DNA of 64,000 nucleotides. Source: Vicugna vicugna. Taxonomy: Eukaryota. The first letter of the stretch is position 1; every line of letters begins with the position of its first letter. Positions 14,055 through 27,809 of the stretch are shown one piece after another. A model generated the notes under the pieces. That model ran no database searches. It saw nothing but the letters and a program-made list of their open reading frames with translations, and was not told where the DNA came from. Made by a program: the position numbers and the translations under genes. The DNA lies in NCBI GenBank assembly GCA_013265495.1, contig MU058584.1:3538508-3602507 (forward strand), written 5' to 3'.

Positions 14055-15549
14055 CTATGAACAGCATCTTCAATTTGTTTACCAATCTGACATCTGAGGA
14101 TGTCTATCATAGTTTAGTATAAGAAGGGCTCAGGAAATACTGTGTTGACAAATGGATAATGAGGCATGTAGGGGACAAGAAATTGGCCTGAGGTCCCCTA
14201 GTGGCAAATGGAAGCTGAACTTCTTGTGCAGAGTTTAACTCCAAATCCATACCTCCTCTTCATTTATCATTCTTTAGTTCAAAAGCATTTATTTAGCCTA
14301 GCAGAATAGAGAATAATGCTAATAAGGACAAAGTCATGAAATTGATTCTGTCGGAACACTTGATCTGGCTCTGTTCTGTAGCCACAGCCTGGAGGACCAG
14401 CCAAAGATACAGCTATCTTGTAAATGCAGCATGCAGTTACAAGGGGTTCGGGCAAGAAAGTGATGCGTCCAGATGCATACACCATGCATGGTCCCACAGC
14501 ATTGCTTTTGTAAAAGAAGCAATCGTCTCCATACTAAAGATACTGGATTCCCAAGAAAAGTGTTGGCTGAAAATCCATTCCTCTATCTCCTGATTAACTG
14601 TTGAGTGGCTGAAATTCCATTAGTATTGTGAAAGTTTGGTCTTCATACTCATGTCTGTGCTATCAAAAGAGATTCTCACTTGTCTCCATGAAAATAATGA
14701 CACCATTCTCCAAACTATGCTTCACACTGACTCCAGAATTTTCCTTGAAAAACAAATAAACAAAAGACTTTGTATATCTGATGATGAAAGTTACTCTATT
14801 CATAGTAAAAAAAAAAATGCAGGATCCCAGAGGTGGGAGAAATTGCCAAAGGTGCCTAATTTGGTCTCTCACTTCGTGCTATAGAACCTACTCTATACCT
14901 TCCCAGAGGGAACTCTTCAGTGAGAAGAAATGCTCCACTCCCTGAGGTAGCCAGCACTTCCCAGCTTTGGGAAAGCATGCATGATAGAATTATACAGAAA
15001 GTGTAAGTATCTGGGCCATTTTCAATCCCAAACTCTGTGGTCACCATTAGCAATTAACAATATGATGTAAGAGAGAACCAAGTATAGAGAATTTCCAAAT
15101 AATAGTGGAAACAGTTTATAAAACCTTCAGCTTAGAAACTCTTCCATGAATAACCAGGCACACTTATAAAATTTGCCTTTCTACATGAGCACTGGATACA
15201 ACATTTGTCATCCCTTTCAAGCAGGCATCAAAAAAAGAGCTGTTTCTCTTTACACATAGATAAATGTGTAACAGTGAAATAAAAACTTCTAGAGCTACAG
15301 AAGTATGGATTATCTGCATCATGAAACTTAAAGCCTGACTTTGAGTAATTGCATACAGAAAGAATTTTCTTCCATTTGTCCATCAAATCTGATACAAGAA
15401 AGCGTCAAGATTACCACAGACTGGCACAGATATGAAAGAGACACAGAATGAGAAGAACAGATTCAGCAGAGAAGAGAATTTCCAGACCAGACCAACACAG
15501 AGATATACCCTTTGGCACAACCTGACCAAGACTTCATCAACGGTAGCTA

Positions 15550-16230
15550 CTTTATTCAGCAAATATTTATTAAGTGCCTACTATGTGCCAGGAACTGTTC
15601 CAGGGCCTGAGGATTTGTCAGTGAACAGGGTAGCCATTCTGGTGGATAGAGATAGAAAACAAACAAAAACTAAACGAGGAAAAGATCAGATTATGACTAG
15701 CAGTATCAGAAAACCAGAATATAGGGACATAAAAAGGGTAGGGAGGTAAATAGTTTGGGTGACCAGGTAACGGCTCTCTGGGGAGATAGCTGGAATCTTA
15801 CTGCTGAAGTAGGAATAAATTACTTAGAGATCAGGCATAGGGGCAGTTAATGCAAAGGTTCTAAAATAGGAAGGAGGCAGTCTTCCAGAGAAAGAGAAGT
15901 AAGGACAGTGGGGCTGCAGGGTTGGGTTAAGGCCAGGCCAGAGAGGCAGGCTGCAGACATATGATGTAATCATAGGCCAGGGTTAGGAGTTAGAAGGTTA
16001 TTCTAGCCGTAGAAAATGCCACTGGAGGATTTTAGGTAGGAGAGTGACAGGATCTGAGTTATGCATTGGGAAGATTATTCTGGCAGCCCTGTGGAGCACG
16101 GATGTGGGCTGGGGACATGGCATGAGTGGGAACAGGGAGACCTGTCAGGAGGCTGCTTCAGTAACCAGGTGAGAGATGGTGGATCAGGGCTACAGTAGTG
16201 GAGATGAAGGGTGACGTGAGTTCCAGATAT
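15550..16230 (-). mobile_element. L2 LINE fragment
   Basis: attcagcaaatatttattaagtgcctactatgtgccagg 3' end; gccactggaggatttt...gagtgacaggatctga. Confidence 0.8.
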
Positions 16231-16744
16231 ATTTTGCGGAGAGGTACCTGTTCTACTGGTTCCATCTATGGAAGCATCTCTTCTCATCCTTTCCCTTACT
16301 GAGCCTGACCCTTGAATAAACCAAGGAGCCGCCTGTGCTGTTTCTTTCCGGAGCCTGTGACGTGGGCTTTGTTCAGAGCAAGTGCGCCCTCTCCTGGAGC
16401 ACAGAGTGAGCACTGTTTCTGGGAATCCCACAGACACCCTCCCACCTGCTGCTCCAGGCAAGCGCACCATGGGAAAACTGAAAATAACCGGGGAGCCCCT
16501 GCAAACACTTCTGCACCCCCAGGATATACTTCCATTCAGTGACACCACAAGACAGAGAAGGCAGCAGGTGCCCATAGTTGTTTAGATCACTGTTTACACT
16601 AATCCCAGAGTTCTAGAGCCTGCAGGCTCAGTTTAACCCTTTAAATAGAACCTCCCAAACTTCCCATGAAGATCTCACCCTATGTATGCTATTCTAATCT
16701 CTTCTAAGTTTTGGCCCAGTAACTCCCCTTATGAAAAATAATCA

Positions 16745-16980
16745 CAGGAGCTAATATGTGTTGAGTGCTTACTCTGTACCAGGCACTTTGCTAAGCACAT
16801 TCCGTGGTTTATCAATTCAATCCCCGTAACAGGCCTATGAGTAGGTACTATTATTGTCACCATTTTACAAAGAATGCGACTGAGGCTCAGAAAAGTTCAG
16901 CTACTTGCTCAAGGTCACACAGCTAGTGAAATCACTGAGCCAGGACTTGAGCTCCATTCTGCCCTCAAAGCCACACAAAG
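16745..16980 (-). mobile_element. MIR SINE
   Basis: ccattttacaaagaatgcgactgaggctcagaaaagttcagctacttgctcaaggtcacacagctagt. Confidence 0.85.
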
Positions 16981-18661
16981 GTTGTTACGCATAAGGGCTT
17001 TAATTGCTGCGTTGTTTGCTATGATGAAGAATGGAAATGAAACATCAGATAATCTGGGAAGAGTGGACTAAATTACGTAAAACATGACAGAGTAGTTTTT
17101 AGCCATTGAAGTAAATGAATATTGTGGAGAAATTATCATTATATCATACATGAAAAAGCAAATTATATAACCGTATTTAGTGTTGGGCAACATTTCTAAG
17201 ACACCTATACCCATACATATGCTTTGATAAAGGAAGTGTGTACACCAGAATCTCAATAGTGTCTTATGCCTGGGGTGATTGGGTTATGGGTGATTTTATC
17301 TTCTCTTTTCTTTTCTGTATTTCCCACAGTTTATACAGTGTTCCTCAACATGAGTGCCTACCATGTGCCAAGCAAATTAAATGAGATACATTGAATGCAT
17401 ATCAACACTGTAATCCACAGTTAACAGGGAACTTGCTAAAGCACACAGGTAAGAAGTGACGGAATTTTAAATTTGGCTGAACCCAAAGCACAAGAAGTGA
17501 AGTGTTCTTACATGCTGCCTCCAAATTAGTTTGGTGGTCAGAAAAACAAAACCACAAATGAGAAATGGCACTGAAGAGAGCTAACTAACCACACAAAATG
17601 AATGGCTGGGATAACGTGTGGGTCCATGGAACTTCTGACTATGAAGGAAAGAATTGAGCCAGCCTTGAAAAATGGATTAATCTTCTTTAACACTTCTTGC
17701 AGAACTTAGTACATGATAAATACTTCCTAAATTGAATTTTAGTCAAGATTTTGGCTATTGGGGTGGGGTTGTGTGCTCCAGAAGATATCTGAGGACCTTC
17801 CTGTGGGAGACGCGGGGCTTGGTCTTACTGGAGACCAGCCTTTGACTGAAACTCACTGTGGTGGCTTGTTCATGACAGTTTAGACCTGAACCAAATCATA
17901 TTCCATAGAGTCACAGAGAATGTGGAGGGCTTAATGGAGCACAAAAGGCTTCTGTAGAGAGAAGCGCCCTTCAAATTAAATAGAAAACGTAAACATGGCT
18001 TCAGAATCATAGATAAAAATATCTTAGATGTGGCTGGAAGAGTATTGCCTATACACAGGTCTTTGGAAAAGTTATAAAGAATATTTTACCTGTAAGTATT
18101 TTAGGAGTTGTAGGCATTTTTTAATGATTATGAAAATGATTCTTCTTACCAGTCCTGGGAGAATAGACAACTGTTGCTGTCTTTCCCATCTTATAGACAT
18201 ACATGTCCACTCTGGTCATTTATCTAGAATTCTACAAGCAGAAGGGTTGTTACTTCCTGGTGACATCTCCATATTTGCCCACCAAATGCAGTATTGTGCT
18301 CTGCTTAGTTGAGCTGTTGCAGTTCTTCAGCCAGGAATCATCAGCATAAGCACCTTGTTGAGAAGACAAATGAATGCTGCACGATACAAAAAGTTTCATA
18401 AACTCCTTCACTCCTTCACACAGGCCGTGGCCAAGGTTGCTGGCAGCTCAGTGGCTGTTCCTCTGTCTGATGGTGCAAAATGTGCTTCTATATTTCCGGT
18501 TGCCTTTCATTATTTATTATAATTCCAAGTGGCTTGTCTAGTTAAGACAAAGCCTGTTCAAAAATACCCAATCTAGAAAGACACCGTTTCACTTTTGAAT
18601 CTAGTACTTTATAGACAGTGGATAAACTGGGGATTCTTCCAAGCCCGCCGCTCAGTTCTGG

Positions 18662-18702
18662 ACCGCTGTCCGTGGTGCTGGACTACTGTCCATGGTGCTG
18701 CA
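18662..18702 (-). promoter_or_regulatory. Two tandem REST/NRSF RE1 (NRSE) motifs
   Basis: ACCGCTGTCCGTGGTGCTGGA matches the reverse consensus GGCGCTGTCCGTGGTGCTGAA at 18/21 and is followed at a 20-bp period by ACTACTGTCCATGGTGCTGCA. Both have an intact CTGTCC-NN-GGTGCTG core. Confidence 0.75.
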
Positions 18703-19887
18703 CCCGCAGAAGGTGTGAAACAAGGGCCTTGGATTGCTCTTAATCAAGCTCTAGCCTTTCTTATTATAGATGACATTAAGTGTCATCCACAGAACTCCAG
18801 GGAGAGTGGGAAGGCCATCGGGGATTTTCCAGAGGACAATCATTATTACCTTATCTCCCCTCTCTAAGTCTTGCTTTTCCCTCTTTTTATTCTACAGCTA
18901 TCTCCAGAGACAGGGGAGTCAGCTACTTTGTGTAGAAGCAAGGGATTGTACTAAAAGAAAGTGTGAGGGCCATCATTACTCATGTTTATTTATCCTGCCT
19001 CAACAGTAGATCCCATTCACTGGGTACTTTATGTGTGTTAATTCTTTTATTTGTCACAACAAATCCTGTTACATATATGCAGTATTATCATCACCTCTGT
19101 TTTACGGATGGGGAAATCAAAGCACAGAAAGATTAAACAACGTCAGAGCTCACATAGCGAGTAAGTGATGGGGCTGGGATTTGAACCCAGGTAAGCAAGT
19201 TGTAGAACCTTCACTTTTAGCCTGCATGCTATTCTGCCTCTTTTAGAAATACTGGAAAGCTTGGCTATAGCTCATATTTTTACCTTTCCCTAAAATCAGA
19301 GCCATCTGTGACTTTTGTTGGCCTCCTGAGTTATGCAAGCTGCTGTTAGAGTTTTATTGTAACATTTAAAGGGATTACCCAGGTAAACCTACTTTCAGGT
19401 GTGGAACCTCTCTGTTGGTTAGCTGATTTGGCAGAGTGGTTGATGGGACTTAGTATAACTCCAACAGCAGCCACAGATAGGGAGAAGCATAAACAGGCAT
19501 CTTAATTCTCTAGCTCTGAATTTATTTTCAGGAGGGAAAGAAAAGTAGACTTAGATCTATTCAACCCTCTTACTTGTTCTCCTGCCCTACTGAAGACTTG
19601 CCAGTCAGCTCCTTCTCTTTCAATCTGTCTTTCCCTTTATTAGAAGCAGGTCAGCATTTCCAAGTGAGAAGTGTGTTTCCTGCCCACCTCCGGCCCTCTC
19701 ATCCTGCTTGGAATACTTTCCTCTGCTGCTTCATGATTGTCATAGCCTCACACCCCTGCTCAAATGAGCTTGCCCACCAGGCAGCTGTGCCCTCTCATCC
19801 TAAAGAACTCAGGATGCATAGCTGGACACACTGGCATAAAAAAGTCCTGACATTGAGAACAAACAAATGAAATGTGGATAAAATGAT

Positions 19888-19890
<3 letters not shown>

Positions 19891-19931
<41 letters not shown>
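19891..19931. repeat. Perfect (AT)20 microsatellite
   Basis: Direct reading. Confidence 0.95.
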
Positions 19932-19938
<7 letters not shown>

Positions 19939-20749
19939 TTCTAATTTTGCCCACTTATCAGCTTTAAATGGAGCAACTGTGAGAATCTCTCACTTGGAAA
20001 GCTTAATCATGTGACCACTATCACAGATTCCAACAAAACTACACTAATGTCCAAGCGTAGAGTTGAATGGATTGGCTCATGCCACGTCAATGCAAGTGCG
20101 TTAAAAGGAAAACACACAAAAAGATTAGTAAACCAATATTACTGCACTTCTATGTTCCAGGCATTTCTACATGCATTGTCTCCTCTAATTGTCATAATAA
20201 CCAAATGAGGTAAGTGCTATTTATTGTTAACATACTACAGATGAAGAAAGTAACAATTACTGAGTTTAAGCAACTGCTCAGGATTACAAAGTCACTTGGT
20301 GACAAGCAAGATTTGAACCTGAAGTTTTGACCTTCATTATAGCAATCTCTTGCTTTCACAAGCAAGTACCAAACTTTGCAAAGAGTTTTATTTAAAATGC
20401 TCTCCAATAAGACAACATTTTTAGATTTTATTTTCCATGAAGAGTAGATTAATCAAATATTATCACTGGATAATCTACCTGGCTAATCTTATCCTTCTCA
20501 ATTTCAGATAAGCTTTTGTGCTTCAGATAAGCCTTGCCCATCAAACTGACTTCCATGATTAAATGCAGTGCCACTGGACTGCTCTGAACTACTTTTGCTG
20601 AGCTCCTGATCTGGAGGATCATCTATATTGCCTACTTTTTTTCTACTCTGTATCCTGGGATTTGTGCCAGAAGGTCTTTGAGGGTAATTCTAATTAGCTT
20701 TCTTTTGAGACTGTTACCTTACCAATGTCTCTTGCTTTCATCAGTACTC

Positions 20750-21430
20750 CCAGTCCAGTCTCATGTTTTATCTTTGTCCAGTGCCTAATTTCCACTTGCC
20801 TGATCTATTGTAATAAGCTCCTAAGTGATCTCTCTGCCTGCTATTTCTAAAGTTTCATGCTATTACTTATGCTCAAAAACTCCCTTCCCCAACCCCAAAT
20901 AATAGGCTATGCCTATGGAAAAGTTTAAATTCCTTGCTATGTATTTAAAACTCTCAAAACTCTTCCTTTAACATAAATTTCTAGGGGTATTGCTTTCTAC
21001 TTTCCTTCAGGATACTTGTTTTTAACCAAGCTATTTCTTTGGTCTCCCAAGGACATATTTTATCATTTCCTTCCCTATGCCTCTTGCTATGTGCTGAGCC
21101 TGAAGTGGCCTTGTCCCCCTCCTCACTTGGTGACATCCTACACCTTCCTAGCCCAGTTCAGAATCTGCCTCCTTCGTGAGACCCTTCTCAGGCTTTGCAA
21201 GTCCACCTACTCTCTTCTCAGTTTCTACTTCCCTTGCATTTTGAATGTTTCATTATTATGCATTTGACAGTTTCAGCCTTGACTTATAGCTACTTATAAA
21301 TATATGAGTCTGTCTTACCATTCGGACATCGCTAAGGGAAGGACCATTTCTTATTCATAGTTGTATCCTCTGCAAGCTTATCACAGCACCTTGCTAATAA
21401 TAGGTGTTCAGTAAATGCTTGACAACTTAA
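20750..21430 (+). mobile_element. L2 LINE fragment
   Basis: Pyrimidine-rich L2 body ending taggtgttcagtaaatgcttg. Confidence 0.65.
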
Positions 21431-23841
21431 ATACATTATAATAAATTTAGTTTTTGAGTGTGTGACAAAGGTTATGAAATCATTGAAACTGGATTTTTAA
21501 GAAGTAAGGACTAAAATTATTTTTAGATTCTGCTGTTGTACTGACAGAATGGTATGTTTGATCAGATGCTTTCTTTAATGTTATTCCCTCTGAAACACTC
21601 AATATCTTCATGCAAAGGAATTCACTGTAATCTGCTTCTTATTCTGGCTGTCACACTTTGCCTGTGTACTTGACGTTTATTTCAGCAGCCTTTGGATAAA
21701 AGCAAAATAACTTGATCTAACCTTGGTCCGTTACAGTGCTTTGTTATGATCTTCTTGGCTTGTGAAAACCATGAGCTGATTTCTCATGATAATAGAGCTC
21801 CCTGACCTGTCAACGAAACACAATTCATGTCACAAAATTGATCACTGGAGGCCCTCAATACTCACTCTTTGCTTTTTTTTTCAAACTTTATTTCGCTCTT
21901 TCTATTTTTCATTTTTAATAAAAGAAGGCTTGTATGAATGATAATATATGAATATATCATATTATATATACTTATTTATATGTGGTATATTGTATATTTT
22001 ACATACACCAGCAGTGTGAAAACTCCGCAAAATGACAAACTTTGGAAGATATAATAACATTTCTAGTGCACAGTGATCTTAAAATGAATGTGCAAGTACT
22101 ATGCAAATAATTTGTAAAATTAATTTATGGTCTTTTTGACCAAATTGTGCCAGACTGAGGCCAAGAAGAGAGTATCCTTCAGTATCACTTAACATGCTTG
22201 TGTTTTGTAACTCACCAGTTTGGTCCTAAATTAGCAAATGAAGAGGCACATGGAGAAGTTAAAATGTGCCCTGAGAATAATAATGAAAATGACAAAGCTG
22301 TGGAAAATATGAAGAAGAGGTTACCAAAGTGGATTAAATAACAGTGAGAGAGCCTCCCTTGAGGCAGAGTTTTCAAAGTTGTACTTCCATCAGTAACCGA
22401 CCTCCTTCTCCAAACCAGTGGTCAGGTCGATCTTTTCAACATCAGGCACCCACCAGCTAGTGGTATCATTTCCCCTGCACAATCCCACCTGGGCTGGATA
22501 CTGACCTCTTCTACACTGAGACTACACTCAGTAAACCCTGCCCCTTCTCCCTTTGCCTGTGATCACGAACGTGACACTTGCTGTGACTGTACCTGTCTCT
22601 CAGGGGTTTTTCATCTTTTGTGCCACGGTCCCTAACAGAACCTGGTAAAAGGTATTTGTTATGCACTCAGAAAAATGCACATAACCCCAAAATTTTGCAT
22701 GTAGTTTTGGAGGTTCACAGACTCCATGAGTCCAATCCATGGATTCGAAACTTATAATTTCTTCACTAGACCATAAATTCTACCAGGGCAGAGATTGTTC
22801 TTTGTTCATATTTGTATCCCCAGTGAAGCTGGAGTGTCAGAAGTGCTTGGTGAATGCTTGATGAACTAACGAAACTAAGAATTTTGGACAATTATTTTGG
22901 AGAAGAAACAGGGAAGATCTGCTGTATAGGTTATAAGAATGTCTGTAGCATTAGCTCTTATGGCTGTTGGTCTCTAGCACCATGAGTATACAAAAGGAGA
23001 GACAGGGTTACTCCTACTAATTAATTTGGCATTTGAGCTGAATATAAAGGAACCCTTCCCAGTAGAAAGGTTGGTGCTTTCATGTTGAAGTGAGTTTAAG
23101 AAGTGAGTGATGGAGAACTTCTCTGTGTTGCTTTTAGAGCAGGATTGTTCTCTGTGAGACAGAGCAGCATGAAGGCAGGAGGGCCAGGCTAGTGAAGGAC
23201 CAGCCTGAGATTCCACTGTGGGTAATACCTTCACATGCAAGGGCTCTGCAAAGCACCAAGCTTCAAAATGAATGCTCTGTCCTCAAAGGCTGAGAGCCCC
23301 AATCTGAGACCAAGCACCAGACTGAACAGGACCCCAGGTCAAACGCACACTAGATGACCAGAGTGATGGTGGAGGCGTGGGGAGAAATCCACTTGGAGGG
23401 ATGAGGTAGGGGTTAGATTTAGATGAATTTGTAGATAAGACGTGGAAGCTCAGACCAGGCAACCAGGAAAACAGGAAGAAAGGGGCATCTGCTGTAATTA
23501 TAACTTGGTAAATTTCCACTGAACACTAACCTCTCCATCCTAGAGTCTATCTTCAGGCTTAGGAAGGAACGGAAGTTATTCCAAAGACCCAAAGGGTTTT
23601 GCCAATGTTCCAGGGCTTAAGGTTTCCCAGAAGTTCCTAGTTCAAAATTAAGTGTGGTATGCATCCAAAGAATTACTGGGGTCTCAAACAGAGAATACTG
23701 TTGGCAGCTCTTTGCTTGTTTTTCCTACCCATTTCCTCTCCATGACCTTCACCAGTTCTTTCTTCTTCCTATTTCTTCCCCTTTCAACTACTTTTTTGTT
23801 ACTTTTCCAACCATGCATTTTAATAGAAATAGAAATATCCT

Positions 23842-24246
23842 ATAGCAGCACTATTTACAATAGCCAAAACATGGAAACAACCTAAATGTCCATCAACAGG
23901 TGACTGGATAAAGAAGATGTGGTATATTTATACAATGGAATACTACTCAGCCATAAAAACCGACAACATAATGCCATTTGCAGCAACATGGATGCTCCTA
24001 GAGAATGTCATTCTAAGTGAAGTAAGCCAGAAAGAGAAAGAAAAATACCATATGAGATCGCTCATATGTGGAATCTAAAAAACAAAAACAAACAAACAAA
24101 CAAAAACAAAGCATAAATACAGGACAGAAATAGACTCATGGACAGAGAATACAGACTTGTGGTTACCAACTGAAAAATTGTGCTGAACACTGGAATTTGA
24201 CACAACACTGTAAAATGATTATGAATCAATAAAAATGTAAAAAAAA
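23842..24246 (+). mobile_element. Young 5'-truncated L1 with TSD and internally shortened 3' UTR
   Basis: L1 ORF2 end and 3' UTR with poly(A). TSD agaaatatcct at 23831-23841 and 24247-24257. Confidence 0.9.
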
Positions 24247-24574
24247 AGAAATATCCTGGTGCTTCTGTCAACTGTCTGATTTGGGGCAAGTTGCTTCACC
24301 TCTTAGCCATGTTTTGTCATCTGCTTAGTAAGGGCACTGGACTAAAACTTTTAAGTTGTGATGGTCTATGGATGGCTAGTGCTTCCTCTCTCTTCTCATT
24401 CTCTTATCTCAGTTTTCGAACCCTGAAGAGGGCATCCTTTAGGGTTAAAATGTTTTTTTTATGACTATTAGGGCATAGTATTAATAATAATAATAACAAT
24501 AGCCACAATAGATTGCATTTTCCTAAGATGCCCACCACCATACACCCCACCCCGCATGCACATGCACTTATTAC

Positions 24575-25060
24575 ACTGTGGCACTGATCCTCCACTAGGT
24601 GGTGATGTCTGTGTCCCTTCCCTGTGAACTTGGGAGGAACCTGTGGCTACTTTGAACAGAAGAAGACAGAGGAAGTGATGCTGTGCCAATTTCTGGGCCA
24701 CTGTCAGAAACTCTCAACTTCCAATTCCTGTCTTCAGGGTACTGAGCCACAGAAGCCAGCCACCATGCTGGGAGAAACCAAATGCCCCACATGGACAGAC
24801 CCTGTGTAGGTGTTTGGATCAACAGCCTCTTCTGAGTTCCCAGCCAGTAGCCAGCATCAACTGTCGGACCTGTGAGCAAAGAAGCCTTCAGATGATTCCA
24901 GCCTCCAGCGATAGAAGCCTCAGACATTACGGAGCAGAGATAAGCTGTCCCCACAGTACATTTTCCACATTCCTGACCCACAGAATCCAAAGGCTTAATA
25001 AAATGTTTGCTGCTTTCTGTCATTGAGCATGGGTGGTCTGTTAACCCAGCAGTCAATAAT
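24575..25060 (+). mobile_element. MaLR MLT1-type solo LTR
   Basis: gaagtgatgctgtgccaatttctgggcc...ccagcatcaactg...attcctgacccacagaatc...aataaaatgtttgctg. Confidence 0.8.
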
Positions 25061-25889
25061 CAGAGCAGTAGCTACCCTTTACTGAATGCTTGCTGTGTGC
25101 TTAACACTTCTCTCAGTGTTTCAGGTGTAACAGTCCCTTTACCTCTCAGAGCAATCCTGTGAAGTATTTACCTATCTGGTAATCCAACAGAGGTGGGCCA
25201 GCTCTCGGGCTCTAAACACTTAACTCCTGTGCTATTATGCTACTCAAAAACAGGATTTTTGAGAAGATATGTTCGTATTTCAACCATGGATTATAGCTGG
25301 AGGAAATCGCGTAATAAGATATGTGGTATCCTGATGATCAGCTAAGTAAAAAGCTAGGAAAACGGGCTTTGTAGGTATTGACTCCAAATGTCAAAGGAAC
25401 CCTGCCAGAGAGGTCTTGTTATCTTCCTTTTCTCATAGATGAAGAAGGGAGACCATATAAACCTATTGTTTGTATACATACATTTGGCTGGAGGCAGATT
25501 GTAATTTGAACCCAAGCCTTTCAAAGTCTACAGAGTGCATTTGTGCTGTTAAACTACCCACCCTCCCACTAGGCCATGTAGGCAGTCAAAACCGGAAAGA
25601 TGAAGAAATAAGAGAGTAACACAGAGAACACATTTCTTCTCATGATAAAATAGTCCTAATTACTGTAATGAAAACATGACATCAGACCATAAACTCCTTA
25701 AGGGGTGGGGTTGTGCCTCACTTTTGATTCTGCACTGCTTAGCACAGCATCTGGTGCATGACAGGTACTTAATAAACGTTTCTTCAGTGTATGAATATGG
25801 CAGTTTTGTGGTTGTTATATGGTAATGTGGATCTGTATTATTCAGATTTGTTATTTATGTATTATTTATTATTCAGATTTATTAATATT

Positions 25890-26660
25890 CAATTATTCAT
25901 AGATATTTATTTAACACCTGCCATGTCTCAAGTAATAGTTTACCCTGTAAGGATATAGTTTTCAACAAGAAAAACAAGTTTCCTGCTCTCATAAACTTTA
26001 AATTGTAGTTGGCAAGCAAATATCATATACACAAATTATAAAGTATGACAGAGAGTAACATTTGAGTTGAAGGTTGAATGACTAGGAGATGCCCCTGTAA
26101 AATCTAGAAGGCAAAGCATTCTAGGCACTAAAAACAGCTCATGTAAAGGTGAGTTTAAGGAAAGCTCTTAGAATTGGGCACGAACCCAACATGTTTGAGG
26201 AACAGTAAGAAAGCAAGTGGGCTGGAAAGAAGAGTGAGAAGGTGGGAATGAGGGGTCAGAGGGCTGGGTCATGCAGGGGTCGGATTTCTTCTAAGGATGG
26301 TGGGAAGCCATTGGTGGTTTCAAGCTGGGAGTGGTGTGGTTACATTTACATGTTCAAAAGCTGATCATGTGCTGTGTGCAGAATGGATTGAAGGGGCCCA
26401 AGTGGAAACAGGAAGAACGGTGTAGAGACCATTGCAGAAACCCAGACAAGAGAAACTGTGATTTGGACTGGGGTGAAGGCAACAGTGATTAACAGAGTTG
26501 TTAGTTACTTTCCAGAGGCAAAGTCATATAATCTGCTGTTGTATTGGTTACGGGGGATGGAAGAATGAAAGAAACCATGGAAGGCTTCTGGTTTTGGGTG
26601 AAGCACTGGGGGCATGACGGTTCTATTTGACGAGGTAAAGAAGATGGTGCCAAAGGGGAG
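25890..26660 (-). mobile_element. L2 LINE fragment
   Basis: atatttatttaacacctgccatgt 3' end; tgtttgaggaacagtaagaaagcaagt; gggaagccattggtggtttcaagc. Confidence 0.75.
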
Positions 26661-27809
26661 CAAGTTGGAGGAGAAAATAAGAGACATACAGAAGTACAAA
26701 CACGTCATTGGAGACTAAATGCGGACTTAGTGATAATGGCTGTCATTTACCTAAAATGTGTAATCTGTAGCCTTAATGATGCCCCCGCAGGGCACTGCTG
26801 GCATCCACATTTTACTAATGACCTTACTGAGACTAAGAGACTAAAGAAAGTATGCGAGACCACTCAGCTAAGAAGAGGAGGAGCCAGCACTGGAACCCAC
26901 GCTGTTGAAGGAGAGATCTTCAGTAAGCCACACTGCCTCCCAGCACCAGCAGGATTATCCCCTTGGTCTTCAGCTGGCATCTCAGATTTTTACTGGATTT
27001 GCTGCCCCCTGCTGTTCATTCAATGTAACCATCTGTAGTTAGGAAGGGTTATTCTGGAAGCGGCCATGTTCAGTTAAACTCAACAGAATCTGTTGCACAC
27101 ACAACTAATCACAAGTTTCTATGGAAGGATTTGTGGGGAATATATTACAAAGTGGAGACAGACCCTGACCTCGAGGTGTTGTTGAAGTGAGAGACTTTTT
27201 TGGAGCAAAGGAGTGAAATGCTTTAAGAGTCACACGGAGAAGAGGGAGGGACATTCCAGAGGGAGGTGAGGGAAATAGGGACTAGGGAAGACTTCCGGGA
27301 GGCAGTGGCATTTGAACTGGATCCTGAAGGAATGGGCGGAGGTTGCCGGAGTAATGGCACTCCGAACCAAAAAGATCCCTTGAGCAGGGGCAGACTGCCA
27401 TCAGCAGGTCCCTGGACCACCAGAGCGGTGGACCGTCATGGTTAGTGGGTGAGCCCTGCAGCCAGAACGCCTCCGCTGAGCTCTGCTGCTGATCTCTGAT
27501 GTGACCCACACAAATTTCTTAACGTTTTTGAGTCTCAGTTTCCTCTTCTGTAGAATGTTGATAATAACGGCATCTACTTCATAGGGTTCTCATGAAATAT
27601 AAATGACGGAATGAATTTGAAAAACTTAACACAGTTCCTCATTCATAGGAGATGCCATAACTCCACCTGTGGATAATTGTAGGGGAAGGAAAGCCAGAAA
27701 GTTGGAAGCAAATTTTGGAGGACCTTGGATGCCCTATTAAAGATTTTCCACTTTATCTGTAGACCACAGAGACCCATCAAAGGTTTTTGAGCAGATGAGT
27801 ACATGAGTG

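Noticed and set aside
18641..18702. CRISPR-like reading of the 20-bp repeat
   Set aside because: Only two adjacent units, no spacers, and a mammalian context.
24062..24289. ORF sharing the peptide LLIHNHFTVLCQIPVFSTIFQ with ORF 58039-58260
   Set aside because: Both are the antisense of the same young L1 3' tail, not paralogous genes.
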